The position numbers and the translations under genes were made by a program. A stretch of 64,000 bases of DNA from Lepidodermella squamata (taxonomy: Eukaryota > Animalia > Gastrotricha), in the NCBI GenBank assembly GCA_047495785.1, contig JBLDXI010000024.1:3100001-3164000 (forward strand), written 5' to 3'. Under the pieces are notes generated by a model. The model was given only the letters and a program-made list of their open reading frames with translations. It had not been told where the DNA came from and ran no database searches. Of the stretch, positions 22,993 to 34,468 are shown piece after piece. Each line of letters begins with the position of its first letter. Position 1 is the first letter of the stretch.

Positions 22993-25458
22993 TCAAATTA
23001 GCTTCAGTTGTGCTAAATTAGGCAAAGCGACTATTGTCAAGAACGCAGTTATCGATTCAACAAGCAAAGCACCTACGATGAACAAACTCTCGTAATAAGG
23101 AGGACGCGAACCCAGGATAAGGAGCACGCAAACGTAGGCGGCAAGCAGCGTTGCTGCGTTCAAACTAGCGACCCGATAGAAGGGCACGTCTTTCAATACG
23201 GCATCATGCGCATTGCTATCAACATTGCGCATTTCATAGGCGCGGAAGCAGGCGTAGAACAGCATGAGGAGGTGAATGGCAAATAACACGCCGTATCCGG
23301 TGTCAACACTGCCCGTACTACTCGTCATGCATGAGACGTATTGCAGGTCGATGTATTCATCAAGGGATGGATCGTATATCGGCTCTGGGAATGCCTTTTT
23401 CAACTGAATCGTCGGGTAACCAGCTCCAACCGGTGGCGTGAAGATGAAGAAGAGGCAAATCAAGTTACCAATCACAAAACCAACGATGAACTTCAAAATT
23501 GATCGGTAGTAGTTGAACACTGGCAGTGGTTCGTCTGTTGTCAAACTTATGGTCACTGTGGTCGGGCCTTTCGACAATCTCCACCAAGTGAATCTCTCTA
23601 AGGTCATTCTGTAACCCGGGGCGACCCTTGTCGTCCTTCTGTTATGAAATAAAACATTGCTTCCTCTCTGTGAAGGACCACATAAATCAGGCCTGCATCT
23701 ATACATGTAAATTCTCATTGCGTAAGACCTAGCCACAATCGTTGCATGGATTATAGATAGACCAGATACGAGAAGAAAAATCCTAATTGAGCAGATAAAG
23801 TTTAAACTGAGATTATTTTCAATATCCATTGCAAAAAGAACCGCCGAAATGTCGAGGAAAATCGTTCCAATCATCGCTAAAATCTTGATTGCAATCAATT
23901 CGTAAGTACCACTTATCAAATTTGAATTCCTCGATGTGATATAGAAGTACCAACTGACTGCCGAACCAACTACTTTGACGACCACCAGAATTGATGAGAT
24001 GATTACGACGGTTAAAGTCGTTCCATCAGGTGCGCTTGCAATGGTTTCTCTATATCTTGCTGAGTCAAGAGGCGGCAGTTTATTCCATGTCTTCCATGTT
24101 ATTTCGTCCGAGACTTTAATGATAGAGTACGACTCAGGGTTGTCAAAGGCGGAGTTTACCGGTCTAACAGCTTTGTAGCGGAGTTTGAACCCATCATTTT
24201 CTTGGTAAGACAAGTAGAAAACGGGCTCATCATCGATTTCCAACCTTTTCGAGTACTTTTGCTGACCAGTTCTTAACCCGACAAAGGATACCTTTGAGAC
24301 AGTGCTATTGACCACATCTAGGACGAACGAAGCGTTGCTTTGATAGTCCCTCAAAGACAAGTTGAAATCGCTATTCAAAATCTTTTCTGACCTATCTAAT
24401 ATTAAGGCAGCTTGCAAAGCCCTATCGTGACACTGATGTCGGTCCTCAACGTCGAACCCATTACTGATTTTCGAGTACGAAAGAAACTTTGCCTCGAATT
24501 CGAGTTTATCGTAACCGAGCAAGGTTACCTTCCCGTTATTTTCCAAAGCTGATCCGGTGATTCCAGCGATGATGCAGTTATTCAGCTGTTCCAAAAGCTG
24601 TGATCTCGTGCAAAAGCGGTTATCTCCGATGGATACGTTAGAAGGAAATGATTTTGGGTCTATAATCAAGCTCGTAGGTACAACAAATAAGTATCTAGGC
24701 CCAGTAAGGCCTTTGAAGAAAGTCATACAGAGGAAGGTGAGATATACCGGCACTTCTGCGATTTGAGTTACAAAAATCCTGGTTTCACTAGACACCATAG
24801 CATCGGCAACATATTCTGGGTAACCGGGGGCAATGTCGAAGTATGTAACCGTGATTGCATGCTTTTTTGCCGCGTTTAGGAAATGAAGAGCTAGATCGAC
24901 GTTGTGAGAATTTGCAGAATTAGCATAAATACCGATTTTCGACCAATTTCCGACTTTCCGGATAAAAGCTGAATGGGCATAGGTGTTCATCTCGGCTGAT
25001 TGACGGCTTCGGTAGAGGTTAGGAAAAACACGCCGGTTTTCGGTATAAATTGGCCCGACGCAAGCTGTGGTTATCAAAACGCTGTCGAAGTACTGAATAG
25101 AAGATCCAAGTGCTTTGCACCCAGGAGTGAATGTTGTGCCCATAACGATTGGAGACGGATAGATAGAGCCAGATTGATCATCGAAACGGCGGAAGTAGGT
25201 CACAGCATTTCTCAAGGTAAAATAACTAGCTGGACCTTCGTCTTGGAAATCTCCCTCGAGATGATAGTCGGGTAAAATGTAGCTCCTGTTGTTGATTTGA
25301 TCGAAAACAAACTGCTGAGCAAGTTGACAAACTCGACCGTCTCTTGGCTCGTTACCTGTTTGACCAATCAGTGATAGAATCGAAATTTGGTACTTCTTCT
25401 TAGCAGTAGAAAGTGAGAGGCACAACAGTGAAGCAAAAGTAAACTGCAGGATGATCAT
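22993..25458 (-). CDS. Class C GPCR, GABA-B-like (Venus flytrap + 7TM), intronless, copy A
   Basis: Start MIILQF at 25458 matches the paralog at 60548. Signal peptide, INNRSYILPDYHL, FPNLYR, ETRIFV..CMTFFKGLTGPRYLF, seven hydrophobic helices, AYEMRNV after TM5. No Cys-rich domain. Confidence 0.9.
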   Translation of the reverse strand: MIILQFTFASLLCLSLSTAKKKYQISILSLIGQTGNEPRDGRVCQLAQQFVFDQINNRSYILPDYHLEGDFQDEGPASYFTLRNAVTYFRRFDDQSGSIYPSPIVMGTTFTPGCKALGSSIQYFDSVLITTACVGPIYTENRRVFPNLYRSRQSAEMNTYAHSAFIRKVGNWSKIGIYANSANSHNVDLALHFLNAAKKHAITVTYFDIAPGYPEYVADAMVSSETRIFVTQIAEVPVYLTFLCMTFFKGLTGPRYLFVVPTSLIIDPKSFPSNVSIGDNRFCTRSQLLEQLNNCIIAGITGSALENNGKVTLLGYDKLEFEAKFLSYSKISNGFDVEDRHQCHDRALQAALILDRSEKILNSDFNLSLRDYQSNASFVLDVVNSTVSKVSFVGLRTGQQKYSKRLEIDDEPVFYLSYQENDGFKLRYKAVRPVNSAFDNPESYSIIKVSDEITWKTWNKLPPLDSARYRETIASAPDGTTLTVVIISSILVVVKVVGSAVSWYFYITSRNSNLISGTYELIAIKILAMIGTIFLDISAVLFAMDIENNLSLNFICSIRIFLLVSGLSIIHATIVARSYAMRIYMYRCRPDLCGPSQRGSNVLFHNRRTTRVAPGYRMTLERFTWWRLSKGPTTVTISLTTDEPLPVFNYYRSILKFIVGFVIGNLICLFFIFTPPVGAGYPTIQLKKAFPEPIYDPSLDEYIDLQYVSCMTSSTGSVDTGYGVLFAIHLLMLFYACFRAYEMRNVDSNAHDAVLKDVPFYRVASLNAATLLAAYVCVLLILGSRPPYYESLFIVGALLVESITAFLTIVALPNLAQLKLI

Positions 25459-26758
25459 TATAGTGCAATGGTTGAAATTTCGATATGAGTGATGAGTCGA
25501 CAGGATAATTATTTCAGGTCGGGTATTTGATATGGGCCAATTAATAATAGCACGGTAGAATTTTGAACTCAAAGAAGTCTCAGAGAGCGAATTTGATGCT
25601 CATCAATTCAATGAGTTTTATTCAAAATGCTAGAAATTCTTCAATTCCATGAAAATCATAAATTGCTGCGCATCAAATTCGCACCTGGCGGCTGTTGGGT
25701 CACGTGTAATGTTCGGAGTGGTTTTTTGCATTGTTTAGTTACTTTTCGAATGCAACCCATTGATATAGTAAAAGGTTAACCAAATATTGCAGTCTTAAAT
25801 AAGCCCTCATCCGAATTGTTCTTTGGAATCTGAAAAAATGAAAAAATTGTAAAAATTCGTAAAATCGCCAATAAGTGAAAAATGACTTATTTACAAAATA
25901 TATTTTGATTTAAAATATGGAAACTGCCAATTGAGATCATCAAACTCAAAAGCGATGGTTTCGCGATGTACGGCGAATAAATACCCATTCCCAAATCGCA
26001 AATCTAAACTAATCAAAAAGTTAACAATATTTAACAACCTTTAACGGAACAAAATTCGGAATTTGCTATGGAAGTACTGAAAAGCGGCTTCAGGCCCGAG
26101 GAATATTCTAAAATTTGGTTCAGGTCACTGTAACTGTGGTACCCGTAACCCGTAACTGGCGGATCCATCTTTAAACCCATACCTTACTTCGAAATCGGAA
26201 TTTAAAACCTTCTTACTGAACTCGCGCAATGATGCTGGGAAAAAACTTGAAATCACGCTTTTCGGATATTTATTGCAAGTCAAGATTGGCCACAATAATT
26301 CTAGAAAATTTACCAGTGAATTCAGCGCAACATTCTCTATCAGACGGAGTGGTCAAGAATTCATTCTAAGTGTAGAAATATTCAAAATTCAAAGAATGAC
26401 CCTTGGCATATTTCGACTTTGGTTCCGCAAAAAAGCAAAGTTGGTTCCGCTACAGCAAATTAGGTTCTGCACACCATAAATTTGGCTCGCTAAAATATAT
26501 TACGGATACAAAAATGCTCTGGGCATCGGCATCGGCAAACCATCTGATGTTGAGTGAAGCCCGCATACAATAAGCACATGCAGTGCACATTTTTACGTCG
26601 GTAACCCCTACGCATCGCGCCACATAGGTATCTGGCCCGCTTTCCGAGGACAAACAACGTGATTCATAAAACCACGTTTATAACATGGGTAACACGTCAT
26701 AACACCTCAACGTGGCTAATCACACTTTTCAAATCGAAAACAAATTGCTGGTAACCAT

Positions 26759-27091
26759 ATGCCGAGCAGGCTCATTTTTCTAGCTCTATTCGGCTTAGTT
26801 CCTGTTTGCTCAGCAGCCTTGGCATTTCTGTACGATATAAATAGCGAGTTTAATCTCTCATCCGAAATGTATCACTATGCTGCAGAAGACCATAATGTTG
26901 GTTTCACTCTCGACCAGATGCGTTGCTCTGGAAAAAGCTGTTGTCGGCTGTAGTCAACAGGATGCTTCGAACAAAAGTGGCTGCCGATCTTCGGCATCTC
27001 TCGCCCCGTGTTGGCGATGAGGAAGGCAACCAGGCCGAAGAAGCGAATTGTTATATTGAACACCTCCGATGTCGACGATATTCCATCTTGA
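26759..27091 (+). pseudogene. Frameshifted paralog of the 17673 orphan secreted protein
   Basis: Shares VPVCSAALAFLYDIN, PDALL..NRMLRTK.AADL and KKRIVILNT.DV..IP with copy 1, but split by two frameshifts. Upstream ~250 bp is also homologous. Confidence 0.7.
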
Positions 27092-27758
27092 GCAAATTAT
27101 CATGCATGGTCAACAATTTTTTAATATAATAATTTATTAGAAATAAAGTAAACAATACTTTTCAGCTATGACAAATGGCGGTTTCAGTAATAAACATAGG
27201 ATTGGAGTGCGGTGAATTTGAAGAGTGAAAATGATGGCAAAAATGCTTTGAGCGGTTTTTCCGGTAATTTTCATTTTTCGAAAATGAAATATTCCGGTGA
27301 TAATAATTGTAGTTGAAATAAGCAAATAATTCTGCGGGAATTTGCGAAATAAACAAAATGGCTACAATATTTATTCGATTGAGAATTTTCTAAATTCCAA
27401 TTCAGTGTTATATATTTCAAAATTTTCTCCGAATTTTTTCCAATCTAACAAATTTATGCGCAATAAATTGTGTGAGCTATAATTTTTTCTTTTATTGCGC
27501 TAGCGATCTCTGCTAATTGAGATTAATAACTGGCCTATTTACGAAATCTAAGTAAAATTCAAAACTCAAAAGGGCTCTTCAAAAGCAACGAAGCGGAAAG
27601 AGTTTCGGCTTTTTCAATTCAAAGCAAGGAGCGTAAATATGTGAACATGAATAGGTATAATATCGGCCGAAATTAGCAAACATATTATTGTTGTTATCAA
27701 TTAGTGCTAGCACTGGAAACCTTCCTTAATTAGTTGAGATCGTAAAACAATTTCAGTA

Positions 27759-29804
27759 ATGAAGCTTAAGATATTAGTAACGGCCCTATTGGCTTTCTTC
27801 CCGATCTCCGAGGCGGGCAATGGGACTCAATTGCTGAAGAAACTCATGAAGGGTTACAGTAAATTTGCCCTCCCCGTGGCGAAAACCGAGCAAAATGTCG
27901 ATATTCGGCTGCTTTTGAAACTCGTCCAGCTAACCGATATCGTAAACTACCTATTCTTTCTAGTCCCCTAAGAGAAATTTCGCATAATTTTAATTCAGGA
28001 TGAGAAAAATCAAATTATGACAACGATTTGTTGGATCCGCCACGAATGGACCGATGAAAATTTGACATGGAACCCTAGCGAATATTCCAACATCACAGAG
28101 CTACAATTGGTATGAAATCACATAGATTTCTCGGCCTAATTCGGATTGTTTTCATTCCTTTTAAAGCCTGCCGATGACGTTTGGTTGCCAGACACTGTTT
28201 TGTACAACAACGCTGATGGCGATTATCAAATTATGATCCGAACCAAAATCACGGTTCGCTACGATGGCAATGTAGTCTGGAATCCGCCTGCCATCTACAA
28301 ATCTTTCTGTGAAGTCGACGTCACTTATTTTCGTAATTCCTCAAAATTAATTATTTTTAAATACCAATTTTTTGTCATTTTTTTAGCTTTCGATGCGGTG
28401 AGTTATTTCGGGGTTTTCTAATTTATAATGGCATTTTTAAATTTTTCCAGCAAATTTGTGAACTAAAATTTGGACCGTGGAGTAAGTTTAATCCCAGCCA
28501 GTTAAATTTCGATTTTTTTTAAATATTTTTCTCTAAAGCGTATGACATTTCAAAAGTTGATTATTGGCTGTATGATCTAAGCGACGATGATCGAAATATG
28601 ACTAATTATCTGCACCAAGCTGCGGATATGTGCGAATACTCCGAATCTGTGGAATGGGACATTTTACGGGTCACGGGGAAACGCACGGTTTGGCGGTATA
28701 TGTGCTGCCCTGAGGAATATGTAATACCGAAAATTTCATTTTTTTAATCAACATTTTTACGCAAATTTTTAGGTGGATATCACTTATAGGATCAAAATTA
28801 GGAGAAAAACGTTGTTTTACACCATTAATTTGATAGTCCCGTAATTTTTTTAAATTTAGAGCAAGTTTCAATATTAAATATTCGATTTTTTGCAGGTGCG
28901 TAGCAATTTCTTTTCTCACCGTTTTCGTTTTTTATTTGCCGTCCGAGAGTGGGGAAAAAATTACGCTCGCCATCAGCATTCTCGTCTCGCTCACTGTCTT
29001 CATTTTGCTGCTATTTGACCTCATTCCGCCGACCTCAAATCACTTACCCCTGATGAGCAAGTGAGTGCAGTCATTTTATTCCAATTTTTAATAATTTCAG
29101 TTTGTTTATCAACATTTCAATTTCATGAAATATTTTCAAAATTTGTGTAATCCGTTTTAGTAATTAATTTTCAACTTGTTCAAAGAATTTTTAATTTTTT
29201 TCATGTATTTAGATATCTTCTGTTCACAATGATGATGGTCGCCTTATCAATTGTTGTCACCATTACGATCCTGAATTTTCATTTCCGCCACGCCGGATCC
29301 GCCCCGGTACCAACCTGGGTCCGGCGGATTTTCCTCCAACTGCTCCCTCGAATGTTGTACTACGAAAGCCCACTAGATCAGTGGTACAAAGAGGAACTTC
29401 AGTTGATGGAAGAAACCATTGGCTCCATAGACGGCCCTTCAAAGAAAAAAGAGCCTGAGAATGAATCGCTTAAACAAAAGTTACTACCAGAAAACCTGCC
29501 TTTCGTCATCACCCCAGACGAGTTTAGAGACGTTTGGATGGCTGCCAAGTCGCTGTCACTCTGCGATGTGACGAACACGAAAGAACTTGCAATTATACGC
29601 AAGGCCATGGAAGATGTTCAATTCATAGCTGACAAGTATCGGGGCAATGTCGAGGCCATCAGGGCGAAGGCCGAGTGGGAAGCTGTCAGTCGTGTGATGG
29701 GTCGCTTCTTCCTATACCTGTTCGGCACGGCTGTGTTGATAGGAACTATCGCTATTCTGGGAGACGCTCCGGCTTTGTACGATAAAACAGAGCCGATTGG
29801 ATAA
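27759..29804 (+). CDS. Nicotinic acetylcholine receptor alpha-type subunit, paralog 4
   Basis: Microexon 28387-28397 (PFDA). [42 protein letters not shown], ends [12 protein letters not shown]. Confidence 0.93.
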
Positions 29805-30117
29805 TTTTCGCGCCAGGATTCGATAAATGACGGAGGTAAACTTCGTTGTTTACAGGCGTCCGTCTGTCCTTTACTTCATAGATATGGAAAACGGCCAAGC
29901 TTGCTTGAGAATATATTTTTATCAAAATAAAATTGTACACTATGACTATGGTATAAGTATGGTATAAGTCATGTTTCATTGGTTTAGTTTTTTAGTTTAT
30001 TTGGACGAAAATGGCACTAGGATTCCCTAGATAGCCCAGGCGACTTTATTAGATTCTAAAATAAAGCTTTGGAATAGTTATCCCTTTAGCTATGAACCCT
30101 CTTTGGGGCATCTCACT

Positions 30118-32547
30118 TCAACCAGTTTTCAATTTATGCTGCGGAAAAATCATGATTGCACCAGTGGACGCAGAATAAACGAGTTCGGTAACAGCGAGAG
30201 CGATCATCATTGCGCAAGAACTTCTCGTAGCTTGAATAACCACAATAATCAATGCAGCAGCCCCCATCATCACCAAAGCGTTCACTGCTGATAGCCTCGC
30301 CAAAGCAATTCTAGGTTTGATCACTTCAGGGAAAAAGCGTTTTCGCATGGATAGCGATAAAAAGTTGGCAAGAAGCAGAAGCAGAAAGTTGTAGCCCAAA
30401 ATCGGCCCGATCGAATACAGGTGTTTCGAGACGCAAAGCTTTGAAGTTACGCTGAAATAAGAATCGGACGCCTCTTCGAACTGAACGAGCGATGTAACAT
30501 TGGCAACTTCGAGGTCGTCGAAAATCATTCCTAGGCATATTATCAAACCCCCAGCTAGGGTAAATATTGATGAGAAGATAAAGATAAATTTCCCTTGCCC
30601 ATCGGTGCTGGTATAATCTGCGATAGACGGATGACGGATGATGGGGTTGATTTCATTCATCGGATAACTACTTTTCCGCGAAGACGCAAGTGTAGTCAGC
30701 GTACTCCTGCGAAATGAGGACCCTCTCCTCCAATCATTCATTTGATTCGCCGGATAACTACTTTTTCGCGAAGTTTCCATTGTATCCAGTGTACTTCTGC
30801 GAATTGAAGACCCTCTCCTTGATTCATATTTAGTAAATTTGGCGTAGCAAAGGAGATAGACAAACAGAAAGCTATGAATGATAGTCAATGGTGCAGCTAA
30901 TAAAGCTGGTCTAATACCACATTCGATTTCGGGAAGATATTTCCCAGCCAGCATCGTGAATGGAGCAGCCAAGTTCACTATCAAAAGGCTGATGAATACG
31001 ACCGCATGACCTGCAACTTGATCTCTTTGCGAGGAAATGCGGAGCAAGCTGAGGATGAACAATGCTATTTGAGAGATTTCCACAAGTACGCTTAAAGATA
31101 TGATGGCATTTGAAATCCCGGCATCGCATGTCTCCAGGCGAATATCGATCACTGACAAGTCTTTTGGCGGGTCGCCAGATTTAGTCGGCCATCGAAAAGT
31201 CCGATCAATAACAGATGTGTGGTACTTGGCGACTTGATTAGCGCCCATGGTGTAAGACACTCTCGCGATATTTTTGCGATCAACATAGTTGCTGGGCGAG
31301 ATGATAATGTAGTCTTCAACAAATTCGCGCAGTTCATTCATGCCTAGGTATCCGATTCGAAGCCCCGTGAAGTTGATTTTTCGAGTCGTATCGTTCATAA
31401 TGCTCATAATTATCTGAGGTTTGTCGCGGAAATCTTTCAACGTCATGTTTCGTTGCTGCCGAAGTGCTAATTCTGTCTCATGGAGGGACAGCATTGTGAA
31501 CATGATTGAATCATGGCACAGGAACCTCATCCAATTGTCAACGAGTGAGACATATTGGGCCTTTGAGGATGCGATTTCTGAACGAAGTCTAGACTCAAAC
31601 TCATCCATGCTATATCCAAAAGATGTGAGTGGGTAAGGACTTGAAGGGCCAGCGTCCCAATTGACATACACCGTTGTCTGAAGTTGATAGAACAATATTT
31701 CTTCGGTGCAAATTGATGTAGGTATTCCAGTGGACGCACAGTTAACAGCGGCAACGAATACATACATGGGTGCTCGTAAGCCCCATAGGTACATCTGGCA
31801 GAGGATGTACTGGCAGTCGTAGCTGGCTAGTACTCCAACTACTATAATCCTTACATTTGCGAAATCTTGGCCAGATGTAGACCTCGAGAAATCAGGACCA
31901 TCGAGTACGAAAATGTATTGCGCAACGTCGATCCCGTCGCTAGTTAGCAGCTGTTGAATTTTCTCCGTCATCATCACGTTATTTGTGTTGTAGCGGAACG
32001 TGACCATACCTACGCGTTTCCAATTTCCGAACGTCTCCACAACTTCACGAATGACATCGGCATAACGATACCTTGCAGCTTTTGGGGCATATACGTTGGT
32101 GTACAGATTCCGACGCAGCCACATGATGTCCTCGGAGCAACCGTGAGCTATCTGAAGGTAACCCTGTGTTTTTAGAGCTAAGGCTATGTTGTTGCAATCG
32201 CCAGTAGGTCCGAAAATAACGGGCGCAGGGTAAGTGTCACGAGGAAACTCCTGCCTTAAGAATCTGATGACATTACCCATCATTGCACCCTGTTCTTGCT
32301 CGCGAACGTCCTGGACAAGTTTGTAGCCTGGCAGTAGATCCGGGCGAGAATTGACGTAGTCTAGCATTATTTGGACAGTGGCATTGCAGACTGGATATCT
32401 TACGATTGGCCAAATAGCAAGTAGAACGAGCGTATCAGTCTTTCCTGGGGCCGCGTAGCTACTATTGCCCGACATCTGCATCGCCCCATAAGTTGAAGTG
32501 ACACTCAGCAATGCGAGGACAACATTTGTTTGAAATAATCGAAGCAT
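30118..32547 (-). CDS. Class C GPCR, GABA-B-like, intronless, copy B (809 aa)
   Basis: Signal peptide, VNSRPDLLPGYKL, NVRIIVV..LCQMYLWGLRAPMYVF, WPTKSGDPPKD, 7TM, very short C-tail. Confidence 0.9.
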   Translation of the reverse strand: MLRLFQTNVVLALLSVTSTYGAMQMSGNSSYAAPGKTDTLVLLAIWPIVRYPVCNATVQIMLDYVNSRPDLLPGYKLVQDVREQEQGAMMGNVIRFLRQEFPRDTYPAPVIFGPTGDCNNIALALKTQGYLQIAHGCSEDIMWLRRNLYTNVYAPKAARYRYADVIREVVETFGNWKRVGMVTFRYNTNNVMMTEKIQQLLTSDGIDVAQYIFVLDGPDFSRSTSGQDFANVRIIVVGVLASYDCQYILCQMYLWGLRAPMYVFVAAVNCASTGIPTSICTEEILFYQLQTTVYVNWDAGPSSPYPLTSFGYSMDEFESRLRSEIASSKAQYVSLVDNWMRFLCHDSIMFTMLSLHETELALRQQRNMTLKDFRDKPQIIMSIMNDTTRKINFTGLRIGYLGMNELREFVEDYIIISPSNYVDRKNIARVSYTMGANQVAKYHTSVIDRTFRWPTKSGDPPKDLSVIDIRLETCDAGISNAIISLSVLVEISQIALFILSLLRISSQRDQVAGHAVVFISLLIVNLAAPFTMLAGKYLPEIECGIRPALLAAPLTIIHSFLFVYLLCYAKFTKYESRRGSSIRRSTLDTMETSRKSSYPANQMNDWRRGSSFRRSTLTTLASSRKSSYPMNEINPIIRHPSIADYTSTDGQGKFIFIFSSIFTLAGGLIICLGMIFDDLEVANVTSLVQFEEASDSYFSVTSKLCVSKHLYSIGPILGYNFLLLLLANFLSLSMRKRFFPEVIKPRIALARLSAVNALVMMGAAALIIVVIQATRSSCAMMIALAVTELVYSASTGAIMIFPQHKLKTG
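30646..30819 (-). repeat. 90-nt in-frame tandem duplication in GPCR B intracellular loop 2
   Basis: RRGSSIRRSTLDTMETSRKSSYPANQMNDW / RRGSSFRRSTLTTLASSRKSSYPMNEIN. Units start at 30819 and 30729. Confidence 0.85.
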
Positions 32548-33329
32548 TTTTTTTTATCAGGAATGGCGAAATGACGGCGCGCTGTCGGGGAGGGTTGCGT
32601 TGCGGAGTAATTTAATATGCGCTAAAAGCCTCCAACCCTAGCTCCTTCCTCGATGTGAACTCAAAAACTGCTTTTCAATTTGAAATTAATCAGGTTAATG
32701 CAAATTAATGACCTATATACAGTTTTAATCAGGATAATGAGCGGACTAAAATATCTCATCTGTGGGATATAAATGACATCATAAAACATGCTGTACATAC
32801 CAAAAATAGTACCAACCCCTAGTTTGGAGGCCTGGCTTATAGGGTCAAGGTCAAGATATAGTCCTTAGTCCTATATACTTACCTATCAATAAAATGACCT
32901 CATTGCGCCTCCATGAAGCAGAAATTGACAAAACTCCTGTGGAATTTTGAAAAAACACATTAGACATTCTTAATCAGCGCGAACAGTTATTCAGAGGTTC
33001 AAATTTGCGCAGAGAGGACAAAAAAATCACACTTCGTCTGAATGGGTGCGTGCGCACTAAGTAAATAAGAGGCTGCTCGCTGTGATTGGCTAGTGAACTC
33101 ATAGATAATAATTACTGCTGTACGTTCCTTGGATCTTTGAGTAATGATTGGTAAGCTGATCGTGTCAGGGCGCGATGTCAGAGCACCCTTCAGCCGCGGC
33201 GAACACCTTGTAAACATGCACACACAAACACGTGCTCGATTTGCCCTATTTCTTCCTTATAATTTGAAAGGTAATCGCGCACAAATATGAACTCTCCACG
33301 CTGATTAGGAATATTAATTTTGTTTTTCA

Positions 33330-33450
33330 AGCTTGTCAGCCGGGTGATGGGTCGCTTTTTTCTGTACCTTTTTGGAACGGCTGCGTTGATTGGATCTATT
33401 AAGCGACGTTCCGACTTCGAACGATGAAGCTGGATAATTCGTTTACCGGA
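33330..33450 (+). pseudogene. Decayed 3' remnant (M4 + stop) of an nAChR paralog-4-like gene
   Basis: GTCAGCCGGGTGATGGGTCGCTTTTTTCTGTACCTTTTTGGAACGGCTGCGTTGATTGGA ([20 protein letters not shown]) matches 29685-29745, followed by deletions up to GGATAA. Confidence 0.8.
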
Positions 33451-34468
33451 ATTATGAGAAATCTTTTAAAACTCAACAACCTGATGCATCTGAACTGTGA
33501 TTTATTCCATCATGATCTGTGACAATAATTACTCAATAAAAACCGAAAATATTTCTAGCTTTCGTCAGATCTCTTGTTGCCAGTGTAAAAACAAATTAAA
33601 AAGGAGACGCAATTACTTAGAAATTAATACTGTAATATGCTGCTCTCGTTTAGGACATGCTTTTCGGGTCTAGAAAATCAGGAACAAATTATAAAAATTC
33701 GAATTCTTTAGAACATAAAGAAAGAGCTGAATTCTAATGGCGGTGATAATTATAAGAAATTTTTACATTTCTCCATGACCTTGTAAAATAAACTGGAAAC
33801 TATTGGTGAATGAGGTCACCGAAGCATTACAAACCTCATTAGCATATGCACAGTTTTATTGAAAGACTCGAAACTGCATTTTCCCCAAAAAATTATTTAG
33901 CCGAGGGTACAATGATAAAATTGCCTTCTTTGGCAAAAGTATGGCTCACAATTATTTTGCGTAATTAACGTTCCTTTCCATTAGGTAGTTTAAATTATGA
34001 TTTTCGCATATTCAACGACGAACAAGAGCGTAAATATTGGCACATTGTTTTGCGAGCTGCGAGCGGGAATAAATATGAATGCGTGAAAAATATTTAGAAT
34101 CCGAAAATAATAGGCTATAATATCGGCTGATACTAAAATTCGTTGTATACTATTATTTTTGCTTATACCCAGATCTGATTAACCTGATAGCGGCCATGTT
34201 ACGCCGCCAGAATGCCTACGCGATTCACTCAACGACTTTTCGAGAGCGAATATAAACACAAGTGATGGTAGCAAGCGATGAATACACAAAATCTGATACA
34301 CTCTGCTCTTCGGCGCATGTTTTTTTCACCCTATGAAGTTGCGGCTTTGTTGATACATCTCTGGTATAAGCATGAGAGCCACTCATTCGCACCCGCTCTG
34401 CGTGAAGATAAGCATCAACAAGTTGAGCCCCTGGCTTTACGCGTTTTCTTCATTTTTCGCCGAGAAAT

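Noticed and set aside
25459-25572. N-terminal extension of the 859-aa GPCR ORF
   Set aside because: Begins at TTG. The paralog and the signal peptide place the start at 25458.
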